A DNA stretch of 41,610 nt from Macrostomum lignano (Eukaryota): assembly GCA_002269645.1 (NCBI GenBank), contig NIVC01004575.1:1-41610 (forward strand). Direction: 5' to 3'. A model generated the notes under the pieces. The model was given only the letters and a program-made list of their open reading frames with translations. It made no database searches and was not told the origin of the DNA. The position numbers were made by a program, and so were the translations under genes. This document shows positions 12,059 through 22,924 of this stretch, one piece after another. The first letter of the stretch is position 1. Every line of letters begins with the position of its first letter.

Positions 12059-12089
12059 TTTCATGGCTGGCACTCCATTAACTTTTCAG

Positions 12090-12620
12090 ACTGCGTCTGC
12101 AGCGCCAAACAACATCACGGTTGTGCAGCTGGTCAATCGACCTTACGCGATGCAGCAGCAGCAGCCGCAGCAACAGCAACAGCAGCAGCAACAGCAGCAG
12201 CTCCAGCACCAGCCGCCGCAGCAACAGCAGCAGCTCCAGCACCAGCCGCCGCACCAAGCGGCCGCCTCCCTGTCTGTCCAGCTGACGCCAGAGCAGAGCC
12301 GAGCTGCCGCCGAGCTATTCGCCACGGCCAACAAGCTCACTAAGCCGGAGAAATCAGTCATATTGGCTTTTATTGGCGGCAATAGGACTAATTTAACCCC
12401 CGAGCTCGGCCACCTGGTTCGAATTCACCTGTCCGAATACAAAGAGCGCGTGTTCGATCAGAATCAGCGAGTCTACAAAGACGTCATTGCGGATCAGTAT
12501 TTTCAAATGGACTACGCCAGCGGACACTGGACTATTGTTAAACGGTACAAGGAGGGCGCACCCGAGGTGCTGGCTAGGCTGGACTATCTTCGGCCTCAGC
12601 AGCAGCAGCAGCAGCAGTAA
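12090..12620 (+). CDS. NELFA: NELF-A exon 5, conserved C-terminal domain (LTPEQSRAAAELFATANKLTKPEKSVILAFIGGNRTN...FQMDYASGHW) ending in poly-Q and TAA
   Basis: Resembles NELF-A LTREQMFAAQEMFKTANKVTRPEKALILGFMAGSREN...FEMNYATGQW; acceptor ttttcag; five exons total 2070 nt = 689 aa plus stop. Confidence 0.92.
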   Translation, partial: TASAAPNNITVVQLVNRPYAMQQQQPQQQQQQQQQQQLQHQPPQQQQQLQHQPPHQAAASLSVQLTPEQSRAAAELFATANKLTKPEKSVILAFIGGNRTNLTPELGHLVRIHLSEYKERVFDQNQRVYKDVIADQYFQMDYASGHWTIVKRYKEGAPEVLARLDYLRPQQQQQQQ

Positions 12621-13515
12621 TAGCAGGTTTAGCATCTGACATGTTTGCTTCGCTGCATCTGGGAATTAATCGATCATGTTTGTTGTTGTTGAATTAATAA
12701 TGCTTAGATCTGTATTTATGTAGCCTGGCGTTTTGTAAATCAAAGCTTATTTTATTTTAATTTCAACCATACGCATTGAATGTATACTTGTATATCTAGA
12801 TCAGTATGTACTTTTTCTGAACAGAATGTAGTACGTACGAAAACCGTGTATAAATACAATTTGTTCAATGTACTTCTATTGTAGTTTAGCTTTTAGTCTA
12901 ATGTACTTTAAATGGGTAAGTCTGGTTTAATGTACTTTAAATATTTAATTCTAGTGTAATGAACGTATATTTTAGATTACACTCGTAGCTTTTAAGTAAT
13001 GTACTTTTAGGTGTACTAATCTAACGATGTAGTTTCTATTGAGCATGGTGAAACAGTCGCTAACTCTCTACACACAAGGCTACTAATTTGCTGCTGCTAA
13101 AAATTTTACAGTTCAATCTCGTCTCTGAATAATTCAATAATATGTAGATTGGCATTTTGTGCTTCGCTGCTCAGGTGTGAATTAGCTGACTAAAAAATAA
13201 CTTGTGCCGCGCGAGCCTATTAACCATGTTACATTTGTTACGTGTGCATGGACGTACCGCCTGTGTCTGTTATTCAGTGTTCCATCCTGTTAAAGTTTTC
13301 CGTGTCCATAATATACATAATCAATCGCTGCACTATTTTCATATTGGATAAGTGCTATTGTGCCAGCTTAGAAAATTTTAATAACTATAATTACGACTCG
13401 TTGTAATTATTAATTCAACCTTGTAATTAGCCCTGTTTTTAATTATTTTTTCCTTGCATTCCTTGCAAAGCTGTAGTTTAGCTTTTGATAAAGGGCATCC
13501 CAATTGGATCCACTT

Positions 13516-13682
13516 TTGGGGTTGTAGTCTCAAAGGTCGGGGGTTCGATTCCCGATCCCACTGGAACAATTTGTGTCCTTGAGCAAGTCACTCAACTCTG
13601 CATTGCTTCAGTTGACCCAGCTGTAAAATGGGTGCCAGCATTCGCTGGGGTAATTGAGGGTGTGTGGCGACCCCCCCCCCCA
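13516..13682 (+). mobile_element. 5'-eroded tRNA-derived SINE with a CORE-like domain
   Basis: B box GGTTCGATTCC at 13542-13552, then TGTGTCCTTGAGCAAGTCACTCAAC...TCAGTT...CTGTAAAATGGG, close to the MIR/CORE consensus. Confidence 0.7.
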
Positions 13683-14735
13683 GTCCTTCAGATGCCAGCT
13701 ACTCTGTCAGCCGTACGCAGCCTTCAGATGCGCCGTGCAAATAGCTGCGGCTGAGCTGTCGGTTGCACATCTGCCCAATTGGGGCAGGTGTACTGGAAAC
13801 GCAACTGGTTGGAAATAAACAATTCCTTATTGAAGAAACCTCACTATAATTTATTTAGTTTACAATTTAATAAAAGAATTCTTTGTTTGACAAAAATTAT
13901 GTATTTTTTATGCCGGACAATTTCAACTAAAAGACGCTTAATGTGTGCTTTGCGGGTCGGGGGCATTCTTTGCTATTAGGCGTATGGCATATATTATATC
14001 AATATAACGCAATTGTATGTTAAAGTGCAGAAGCTGCGGTCGAGGCTTGGGAGAGAAGAAACGTAACAATAATTACGTTATCGCGGTTATGAAGAGTTAC
14101 AGACTAGATAAATTCAGATGTCATTAGTACAGACAAATTCAGTTTGTTGGGGTGCTAAAAAACTGGAAATACTATTATACTAGGGCGCTGTTTTATATTG
14201 AAACTAAAACTGTTATTGTACACTTTAAATAGTAGTGCTTTTTAAGAGAGAAAAACAAGCGCAGGCATTGTACAGAAGGGTTGCACTTTTAGAACTAATA
14301 TAAAATGATGAACAAGACAGCTGTCTATACGGTTTAAAGAGTCTTTGCGCACTGTGAAATGATTAAAACTGTAATTGAATTAAAAGGCGAATCCAGTGAA
14401 CTTCGATTTCTTTTTTAATTAAGGAAGTTCTAAACGAGGGAAGGGTGGTTGCAGCCAATAGTTATTATTATTATATCTATATCTAAGCTCAGCTTACTGG
14501 AGAAGCGAATTCTATGTGTAGGACATATGGGCATAAAACAACAGGTGAAAATTACGAATTAACAATAGCATAAAACGCGATACGACCGTCCTTTCTAGTG
14601 TAATAAGTGGCAACTTTTTGTCTACAGGTGCGTAAAATATCGCACTCAAGATATTTTTATATAAAGTACCACTTTCAGCCCTGCAACTAATAAAATGTAA
14701 ATCGTAAGTCTTGATGTTTTACAAGCACTTGCAGT

Positions 14736-15280
14736 CAGTGGCGTACGCAGAGAGGCCTCTTCTCTTCCCCACCCCCCAACGCAACCGACCGCCACCCCAC
14801 CCCCAATACAACCGATCGCCACCCCACCCCCAACACAACCGATCGCCACCCCACCCCCAACACAACCGATCGCCACCCCACCCCCAACACAACCGATCGC
14901 CACCCCACCCCAACACAACCGATCGCCACCCCACCCCCAACACAACCGATCGCCACCCCACCCCCAACACAACCGATCGCCACCCCACCCCCAACACAAC
15001 CGATCGCCACCCCACCCCCAACACAACCGATCGCCACCCCACCCCGAACACAACCGATCGCCACTCCACCCCCAACACAACCGATCGCCACCCCACCCCC
15101 CAAAAGTTGTGCATCCAAAAACGAATGAACAGAGCTCAACATTCGCCACTTCTTGGCCGGGGCATCAACTGGCCTAAGAGATAGGGGTAGGGGGCGGCTA
15201 CCAAGGAGATTTGGATGCCACCCAATTTTTAAAGAGTCTGAAGAGGCCTCATCAAATTCAAACTCGTGCGTACGCCACTG
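14736..15280. mobile_element. 545-bp MITE (hAT-like CAGTGGCG termini) carrying an internal minisatellite
   Basis: Perfect 14-bp TIRs CAGTGGCGTACGCA / TGCGTACGCCACTG plus subterminal inverted GAGGCCTCTT; flanking 8-mers match only 5 of 8. Confidence 0.75.
14768..15100. repeat. 27 bp minisatellite (ACCGATCGCCACCCCACCCCCAACACA), ~12 copies, inside the MITE
   Basis: Direct periodicity with occasional 26-bp units. Confidence 0.95.
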
Positions 15281-16464
15281 TGTGCAGCTCATATCGGAGC
15301 AGAAACGTAATGAAATATGCGAGAGGTTTTACACAAAATTTGTGATAATCCGTGATTCATGTTTTTAAAAAGCTTTAAACTGTCTTACGAATAGCATTGA
15401 GTCATTCAGTTTGTTTAAATGACCTCACAATAGCGCGGTACAAACTTGACTAATAAAGCAACAATAATCGAAGGAGGCAAAGAAAAATTACGTATGCATA
15501 TAATAATAGTAAAGAATAAAAATTACTTGTCCCGGGCGGGCTTCGTTATTGAATAATAATTGAAAACTGCAAATTTCTATCTTTGTTCAAGTGAGCAGTA
15601 TTTGTTAAGCTGTTTATGCGTTTTAAATATTGATTAATATGCGATGCGCTGGATTGGCAGTCATGTAGAATTAATAAACAATGACTAAAACTTACCGTTT
15701 TTTCAAGATATTTAGAGGTAAAAAGTAAACTGACTTAGCAAAATAAATCATTTACGAACAAAAGAGCTAACTTGTATATATGCCTTGTGCATTGAGTATA
15801 ATATTATATAACAGAAGTCAGTTAGAAACGAGCTTAAAAACTATTGGTAAAAGGGTCGTAAAAAACCGATATTCCCTCAATGACCAAACACGAGCCGTCT
15901 GTCGGTGTGATACACGGTTCCAATAAAAAGGAAAACACAAACAAACACTGACAAACAAATAAAAAAGAAACAAAACACACAGACTAGTATAAGAAGATTA
16001 GGACAAAAAAGCACAACAGTCTTCTTTAGGATAATGCGTCTAAGAGGAAGCAGAGGTTGAGAGGGGAGATTAGATATTTAGCAATAGAAATATGTCGTTA
16101 CTACGTGGATAGGGCGCTCGGCATGCTTTTTTGTCAGCATTTGCTATCTACTTACTGTTAGTAGTGCTTCGTGTTAGCGCAGTGTTGGCAGTCGCATTTC
16201 AGTGTCTCTAGTTTCTAAGTACACTATGTATGTATATTGTCTATGTACATTGCCAACGTACATCGTCCTTGGGGGCATCCACCTCACGCTATTTCTCTTC
16301 TAGCTTCAGTTCTAAATTTAGCCCAAAGTGATTCTCTATTGGCTGATAAATTAGCAGCCAATCAGATTATGCTAACTGCAATGCGACTGAACAGCTGCAT
16401 AGTTTTTCTTTAGTTACGTGCTGTCACTGATTAAAAACGCGTGCTTAGCTTATATGTAGAGCGC

Positions 16465-16629
16465 TCAGGCCACAGCCTCCGCCGCATTGGGCCCGGCCTC
16501 ATCGTCGTACTCAACCGACGGGTTGCTCTTTAGAAAATGGGCCAGCTGGTTATTGGATAGGCTGGAGTTCATCGACCGGCGATCCATATCAGAGTCAAGC
16601 CCCATCCTGAAAGCGTTCACAACGCGAAC
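16465..16629 (-). CDS. ATP2B (PMCA): PMCA terminal exon T3, canonical type (VRVVNAFRMGLDSDMDRRSM...SVEYDDEAGPNAAEAVA*)
   Basis: VRVVNAF completes the CaM-binding domain (cf. IRVVNAF); acceptor ccccttttcccctctctctctctag, phase 0; not in the ORF track. Confidence 0.88.
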   Translation of the reverse strand, partial: VRVVNAFRMGLDSDMDRRSMNSSLSNNQLAHFLKSNPSVEYDDEAGPNAAEAVA

Positions 16630-17389
16630 CTAGAGAGAGAGAGGGGAAAAGGGGCTTAAGTTAACGGCCATTTGATTTAAGTTTGCGGTTTGTTAACATT
16701 ACGAGCACAAAGCGAACCTGCGAAAAGCTTTTTTCACAGTTTTTGGCTGGAAAACTCAATAAATAACGACATCAAACGGGTCACGCCGAAACTTATTTAA
16801 AAATTATAAAATAATATTATAATTATAAACATCGCTTAATTAGCAATGTAGTGCAAGCTGGGATCAGCTGGGATCAATTCAGTGCAAGCATGTTTGGTGT
16901 GCGTGTCTGTGTGCTCGCGCGCAGATGAGAATTTTCTAATATATTACTTACTAACGTCTGTGATTTCAGTAGCAAGTGGCAAAAAAGATCCAATTTTAAT
17001 AGAATTGTTTGAAAAAGATGACTCCAGGCCCTGACGACACCAGAATAGGTGAATGAGGAACTGTAGTTTGGTTCTGATTGTCTATTCGTAGCATATTAAC
17101 CTGGACTCCGGGGCAACGATTGATACATTGACTATATGTACCGGCGAAGCAGAGTCGTGCTAAAAATCTGACCTTTAGGAATACCGAACGATAAGAGAGA
17201 TCAACTTTTTAAAATCTGTGATAAATAAAGAGTAGGATAAAGTGCAAGTTTGTTTTCAGTGTGCCTGTGCAGAGCGGGTTACACGGAGAAGCAGCGGCGC
17301 AATTGTTGCTCATTTAATCTTCTAAAAAATTCTAGCAGTCGCACTTTTCACTTTCTATTAGAAGGTCCTGATCGCTTTGGCTATCTTAA

Positions 17390-17712
17390 ATGGGGTAAGG
17401 GAGTGCAGCCAATTAAACTGGGGTAAGCTAGGATGCAGCCAATTAAACTGGAGTAAGGGTACAGCCAATTAAACTGGGGTAAGGAATACAGCCAATTAAA
17501 CTGGGGTAAGGGGTGCAGCCAATTTAACTGGGGTAAGGGATGCAGCCAATTAAACTGGGGTAAGGGGTGCAGCCAGTTAAACTGGGGTAAGGAGTGCAGC
17601 CAATTAAACTGGGGTAAGGGATGCAGCCAATTAAACTGGGGTAAGGGGTGCAGCCAGTTAAACTGGGGTAAGGAGTGCAGCCAATTAAACTGGGGTAAGG
17701 GGTGCAACTAGT
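17390..17712. repeat. 27 bp minisatellite (ACTGGGGTAAGGGGTGCAGCCAATTAA), ~12 copies
   Basis: Direct periodicity. Confidence 0.95.
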
Positions 17713-18411
17713 TAAACTTGATCAATTAGTGACCTTCTTGGATTGGTCGTATGCTGGCTGAATGCCTTGCAGAGTGGATCGCTAGCGCATTGGCATTTTC
17801 AAGTGCAAACAAACACAGCTTAACAAAAGAACAATTTCATGGGAGTCGAAGGTATAAAAAACGGCAAGGTAGGACGACCACGATGGACACAGGCAGGACG
17901 AGACACGTTGACGAGATGTGGGTTGAGACAATTTTTTGGCGTCGCTGGGAGAAAGATAATGAAGCGGACGAGAAGCTGTGCTCGGACTGAGGGCTAAAGC
18001 TCACTTGCCGTCTAACTGTTGAACTGAGCCGAGGTTCGGTTGTTATACGGATGTTCCAGGTCATTTTTTAGCTCCTGCCTTCAGTAACTTTCAGACCGAT
18101 TCTATTAGGAGTTGTTTCGCGCACATCTTAGCCAGTTTGCCTTTACTGTGGCATGTTTTAGATTTTCTAACTTAAGCAGTACCCCTCCACCGACTGAGTT
18201 GGCATGGCTTGGCAAGGACAGCAGTAGTGATGTGAAAGAAACAAATAATTCATGATGATTTGTACGATAGAGAGAAAATTGCCTGCGAAAAGAGACGCTA
18301 ACAAGATAAGAAAACAAAAACTGTTGACGTCGGAGTGGTCTGCGCGACTTTAGAGAGTTAAGGGAGAAAGAAGATAGATGGTGAGAATCATGATGAGAGC
18401 TGCGGTGGAGA

Positions 18412-18815
18412 CAGTGTGAGAGTCAGGGTGGAGTCAGTGTGAGAGTCAGGGTGGAGTCAGGGTAAGAGTCAGGGTGGAGTTAGTGTGGAGTCAGTGTGAG
18501 AGTCAGGGTGGAGTTAGTGTGGAGTCAGTGTGAGAGTCAGGGTGGAGTTAGTGTGGAGTCAGTGTGAGAGTCAGGGTGAGAGTCAGGGTGGAGTCAGGGT
18601 GAGAGTCAGGGTGAGAGTCAGGGTGAGAGTCAGGGTGGAGTCAGGATGAACCAGGAAGGAGTCAGGGTGGAGTCAGGGCGAGAGCAGAGTGGAGTCAGTT
18701 TGGAGTCAGTGTGTCAGTGTAAGAGTCAGGGAGAAGTCAGGGTGAACCAGGGAGAAGTCAGGGTAAACCAGGGAGGAGTCAGGGTGAGAGTCAGAGTGAG
18801 TCAGGGTGGAGTCAA
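18412..18815. repeat. ~11 bp degenerate minisatellite (GAGTCAGGGTG)
   Basis: Direct periodicity, decaying at the right end. Confidence 0.9.
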
Positions 18816-18858
18816 GATAATAGTGGTGATGCCTACAATGCTGAGAGTCAGGACGCGG

Positions 18859-19323
18859 TCAAACAGCGGGCGGGTCCTCCTCAACGATGGAGGCGCCGCC
18901 GGCGCTGGCTCCCGCGCCGAGCTGCAGGTGGCCGGAGCCGCCTAGCGGGCCAACCCAGTCGATGGAGTGGCTCTTGCCGCCAACTTGTGCGTGCGCGCGA
19001 AACACCCCCCCACTGGCAGCCCCGGCAACGACGGCACTGGCGGAGCTGCCACCAGCCACTGCGGTCACCCTGCCGACTCCGTCTAAGCCGCCGACGCTGG
19101 AATCGGGCAGCGCGGAGGCGGAGTCGGCGTCCTCGGCAGGGTGACCGGCGCCGCCGCTGCCGCAGGCGACGGCATCGTCAGCGGAGGCAAAGCGGGTCAT
19201 GGGCCTGGGGTGGGTGTTCGACCGGCGGTAGAGCAGCATCTGGCGCTGCCGGCGCAGCTCAATGAAATCCTTGCGATCCTCCAAGTCCTCCAGGGTGCTT
19301 TTGAAGGCGCGGACGACGCGCAG
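18859..19323 (-). CDS. ATP2B (PMCA): PMCA alternative terminal exon T2 (LRVVRAFKSTLEDLEDRKDF...EEDPPAV*), 154 aa
   Basis: LRVVRAF is a second copy of the CaM-domain second half, directly after acceptor aaatccacgcag in phase 0; GC3-rich codons. Confidence 0.82.
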   Translation of the reverse strand: MRVVRAFKSTLEDLEDRKDFIELRRQRQMLLYRRSNTHPRPMTRFASADDAVACGSGGAGHPAEDADSASALPDSSVGGLDGVGRVTAVAGGSSASAVVAGAASGGVFRAHAQVGGKSHSIDWVGPLGGSGHLQLGAGASAGGASIVEEDPPAV

Positions 19324-20670
19324 CTGCGTGGATTTTGATGCGGTTCGGAGATCGAGGGGGAAACGTGTTGGCTTGGCCGGTTGGGAGGTGGAGGTTGGCA
19401 CTGGACGCAATTGGGGATTCCCTAGTTACGGAAACTCTGAGGCTGGCGGAGCGGGCTGCCGCAGGTGAGCCGCGCAACTCGCTGGCATCCGACTCGAGGT
19501 CGTGCTTGACTACCGCTGCGCCTTTCCCTCCCTCTCCCTCTCCCCTCAGCCTCTCAGCCTCTCCCTGTCCCCGTCTATCTCTCAGCCTCACTCTAGACTC
19601 TAGCTCTCCCCTTCTTTTTTTCTCTATAAATCCTTTCCCTCTGTATCCGCCTCTATTGTTCTCGTCGCGTCACGCAGGATTTCTGCGCGCTACGCAGGCC
19701 TCTGCGGAGCTGAACCGCGAACTCGCAAGGGCATGGGGGCAAACGGGAGGGCAAAAAGAAGGTCAAACAAAAAGGTGAACAAAAAAGTGCCTGAAAACTC
19801 AAGTGACAGAATGTGTACGAGCATCGCTACTGCCCCCATCTCAATTTAGTAGTAAGAAGCGGGTGCGCGTGTTATCATACGAGTACTATAGAATATAAAA
19901 TCAATGTAGCTAGCTCGTAAAATAAGTTCCGTGTCAACTAAAAATGACTTGTGTTCCACTTAAAGAGCTGTGAAGAAGACTTAAAAAAGTTTAGCAAGTT
20001 AAGCTTGAAATAATATAGCAAAGCACTCGTAGCATTCTAACTTGGCTACTAAATTGGGGGAAAAGATAGCTAAGCAACTTTAAAGCAAAATTCCTATAAC
20101 GGTAGGAAACTTATAGTTATGGTGACTTTTTTTAGAAAATACATGCATAATTCCATTAATCCAACACCATGCTTACACCAACAGCTAAAGGTAATTAGCT
20201 AGCTGATCGTGGAGCAAGGATGCTTACTATATGTACAGTACTAATAAAGATTTAGCAAAGGAATAGTTATCGTCATCGATGCCACTAACTGAAGATAAAG
20301 CAAATTATCGAAAATATCAGAATCATGCAATCAAATGTTAGAACCGAAAGATAAATGAGAATGCTATTGTTACTACTCAGTAATAAGAATATGCGTAGTA
20401 TTTGTTGCAAAATAAACTGAGTTGGAATTTGGAAGCAACAAACAAAATATGCACAAACTGCTACACAATGGCTAATGATATCCGTGTTTCAGTTAAGAAT
20501 CTACCTCGTAGATAAGAGGAACTTATTAGTAACAAGCTTGCCAAAAGAAAAATGCAATCTACTAAACAGGTTTCGAACGGCTAAAATGAAAGAAAGTAGT
20601 GTATACTGCAGTGTGCAGATCCAACACCGACATGTGTCTGAAGTTGGCTGGAGCTGTTCTAGCTACTTAC

Positions 20671-20679
20671 CGTTTGCAT
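20671..20679 (-). CDS. ATP2B (PMCA): Candidate 9-nt PMCA microexon (MQT) at splice site C
   Basis: ~35-nt pyrimidine tract ending tcttgcag, then ATGCAAACG, then GTAAGT; phase 0-0. Confidence 0.65.
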
Positions 20680-22247
20680 CTGCAAGAATAAAAAGGGAGG
20701 GAAGGAGAGAGTGGAGCGGGAGGTACGGTAGGCAATAACGGAGCCATTGGGGAGAATTATACTATTCATTTAAGGGAACACATATTGGAAAAATAAATCC
20801 GGAAAAGTAAAATTAAACTTGAACTATAGTAAGCCGGCTAAACTATATTTAAGCGAATTTTATTTAGCTTACTTTTAATTACCTTTCTAAGTTGAAAGTA
20901 TGACAAAATAATAGATCTTACTTTCCATAGTATAAATGAGAGTAAAAAAATAATACCGATAGAAAAGAATCATATTAATTCAGATAAATTTTTCGAATCG
21001 AAAAAAATATATAGATGGGGTTGATTATATGTAGAAATAAATTTAACTGTAGTCTAAATATAGTTATTTACAAAAATATTTTGTTCGCGATTATAAACCG
21101 GATATGAATTTAATCGTTTACAAAAATATTGTTGCCAATATTAGCAGACCAATCGATAACTATTCAAATAATGGCCAACGTGTTTCAGAAAATTTATTTT
21201 AAAAGCACTCTGCATCTCTACATTCATTATTCTAAACCTAAATGGTGCTTTTTTTCCAGTAAAACAACAAAAATGTCAATTAAATGTTTTAATTTATACG
21301 CTTTCATTGCCGCCACAAATTCACGTCTGCTATATTTAGCTGGTAGAACGAAAAAGAAACGATATTTTCAAACACGAATAGTTTGTTAAATTAAAATTTT
21401 GCGTGCGTTTGTTTTTAGCGCTCGATAGTAAAACGCGCAAAAATCGATAGAAACACGCGTAGAATTTCGCTATTTGACAGTTTCTAATGATCGTTAATTA
21501 TTAAAATACAATAATGTAGTTCGTATAGAGATGCCAGTATATGCGTAAACAAAATAACGTACTGTAGATATAAAGTAGTGCTTTGGACAGTAATAGTAGT
21601 TCAAGATGAAGCGAGACGAGATGACAGCGTTGCTTGTTTTACAATAAGGATAAAAAAAATTTTTATCTTTAAAAAAGATTTTCGATAAACTTTACACCGA
21701 AAATCAAAAGTTACGGTGCAGATTTTTTAAGTAGCTCCAACGCCTTTCTTTGTTCCATTAGTTCTTTTTTATGTTAGAACTACGAGCGTATATAGACACT
21801 ACAAGCAATGGTAAAATTTCAGTAAATATTGAAACCACAAATAGAAGGAAGCAGCCTATATAGCTAATCAAGCGACAACACCGTATATAGTCGAGGTGGC
21901 AGGCTTGGGTTAAACTAAAGCGGTTGAGCGTGTATTTTTAGTATTTATGTTCTGTCAGGATGGGAGAGTAAAACACGACTTGAATTAGAGACTATAACAG
22001 AACTAAGGATATAATCGATATAAATATGACACAGTATAAATAATGATAAACAAGCAATGGGCGTAATATACGAGCTAGTAGTGATGCTAACTGTACGTAT
22101 TTGATAAACAAAGCATGCTAAAATTGTTTATTGATTTTGTTAGTTTGAACAAAACATGATTAACTATATAAGCTACACACGTCGCTATAAGCTTTTAGGT
22201 AGCCGCTGGGCCGAACTCGATGAGTTTTAAGAGTTGTTTCTTGACTC

Positions 22248-22481
22248 TCAGTTATCTTTCTTTTGTAGCTCCTCTTCTTCCGACTCATTTAATGGCTGCT
22301 GATCTTGCTTTTCCTGCTGCTGCTGCTGTCCGCGGCTGCTCAGCAGCCTGTCGCTGCTATTGGAACTCGGAGGCCCAGCCGCCTGCCCGACTCCAACTAT
22401 GGTCATTCGGCGCTCTTCGATCTTGCGCAGAGCCGACACCATCCAGGGATCGATTGAGCGCAACTCGTCTGCCCGTCGGCG
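22248..22481 (-). CDS. ATP2B (PMCA): PMCA alternative terminal exon T1 (RRRADELRSIDPWMVSALRKIEERR...LQKKDN*), 77 aa
   Basis: Acceptor ctgtacag in phase 0; coding-like GC-rich island in AT-rich intron; AATAAA (- strand) at 22132-22127; no homology support. Confidence 0.6.
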   Translation of the reverse strand, partial: RRRADELRSIDPWMVSALRKIEERRMTIVGVGQAAGPPSSNSSDRLLSSRGQQQQQEKQDQQPLNESEEEELQKKDN

Positions 22482-22924
22482 CTGTACAGTTGTTGTTGTT
22501 GACAAATGAAAGGTGAGGGAAATTGTAAAGGGGTTTGCGGATTGGGCGCGTCTTATTAGCACATGTATTGAGTCGGGTTGGCCGCTACTAAACCTCAATC
22601 GAATGAATAAGCCGATGAGTTTTCACTTAATCCGCTAGCGCTCTTAGGGCATCCAAGCGCTCTGGAAGAAGACCCCTTCCCGTGAACTTACGAGAAAATG
22701 ACAATTAAGCCTGATCAGATCAGTGCATACAAACAATTGGGGCTGTTAAAGAGAGACCTTTTAACAATTGGATAGGAATCATTTTAAGTGTTAGTAACTG
22801 CGATTTAGTGTGTCAAAAACAGCACTCAAGGTGTAAAAAACAATGACGCCTCGATCGGGTGTTAGGAATGGCACTGCAGGTACCAACGATGGCATTTTTG
22901 TGTCTACCCTTCTTCTGTCAGGAA

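Noticed and set aside
8983-12343. Long repetitive ORFs (YLWITPDTYG, LSATLPT, LPYLLCQ, SCWASLPD...) as repeat proteins
   Set aside because: They are stop-free frames of intronic minisatellites, open in several frames at once, lying between canonical splice sites that join NELF-A homology in phase
17837-18350. ORFs with RRQVS or LRRQ reminiscent of the vertebrate PMCA 'a' tail, and nearby strong acceptors
   Set aside because: An in-frame stop lies two codons before the 18064 ORF and no phase-compatible acceptor/donor pair gives a convincing exon; may be 3' UTR of T2
18412-18815. Interstitial telomere (TCAGGG variant)
   Set aside because: Period is ~11 bp rather than 6 and TTAGGG units are absent
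20177-20184. 8-nt microexon candidate (tacctttag|CTGTTGGT|GTAAGC)
   Set aside because: Frameshifting, with a short pyrimidine tract; plausible by chance
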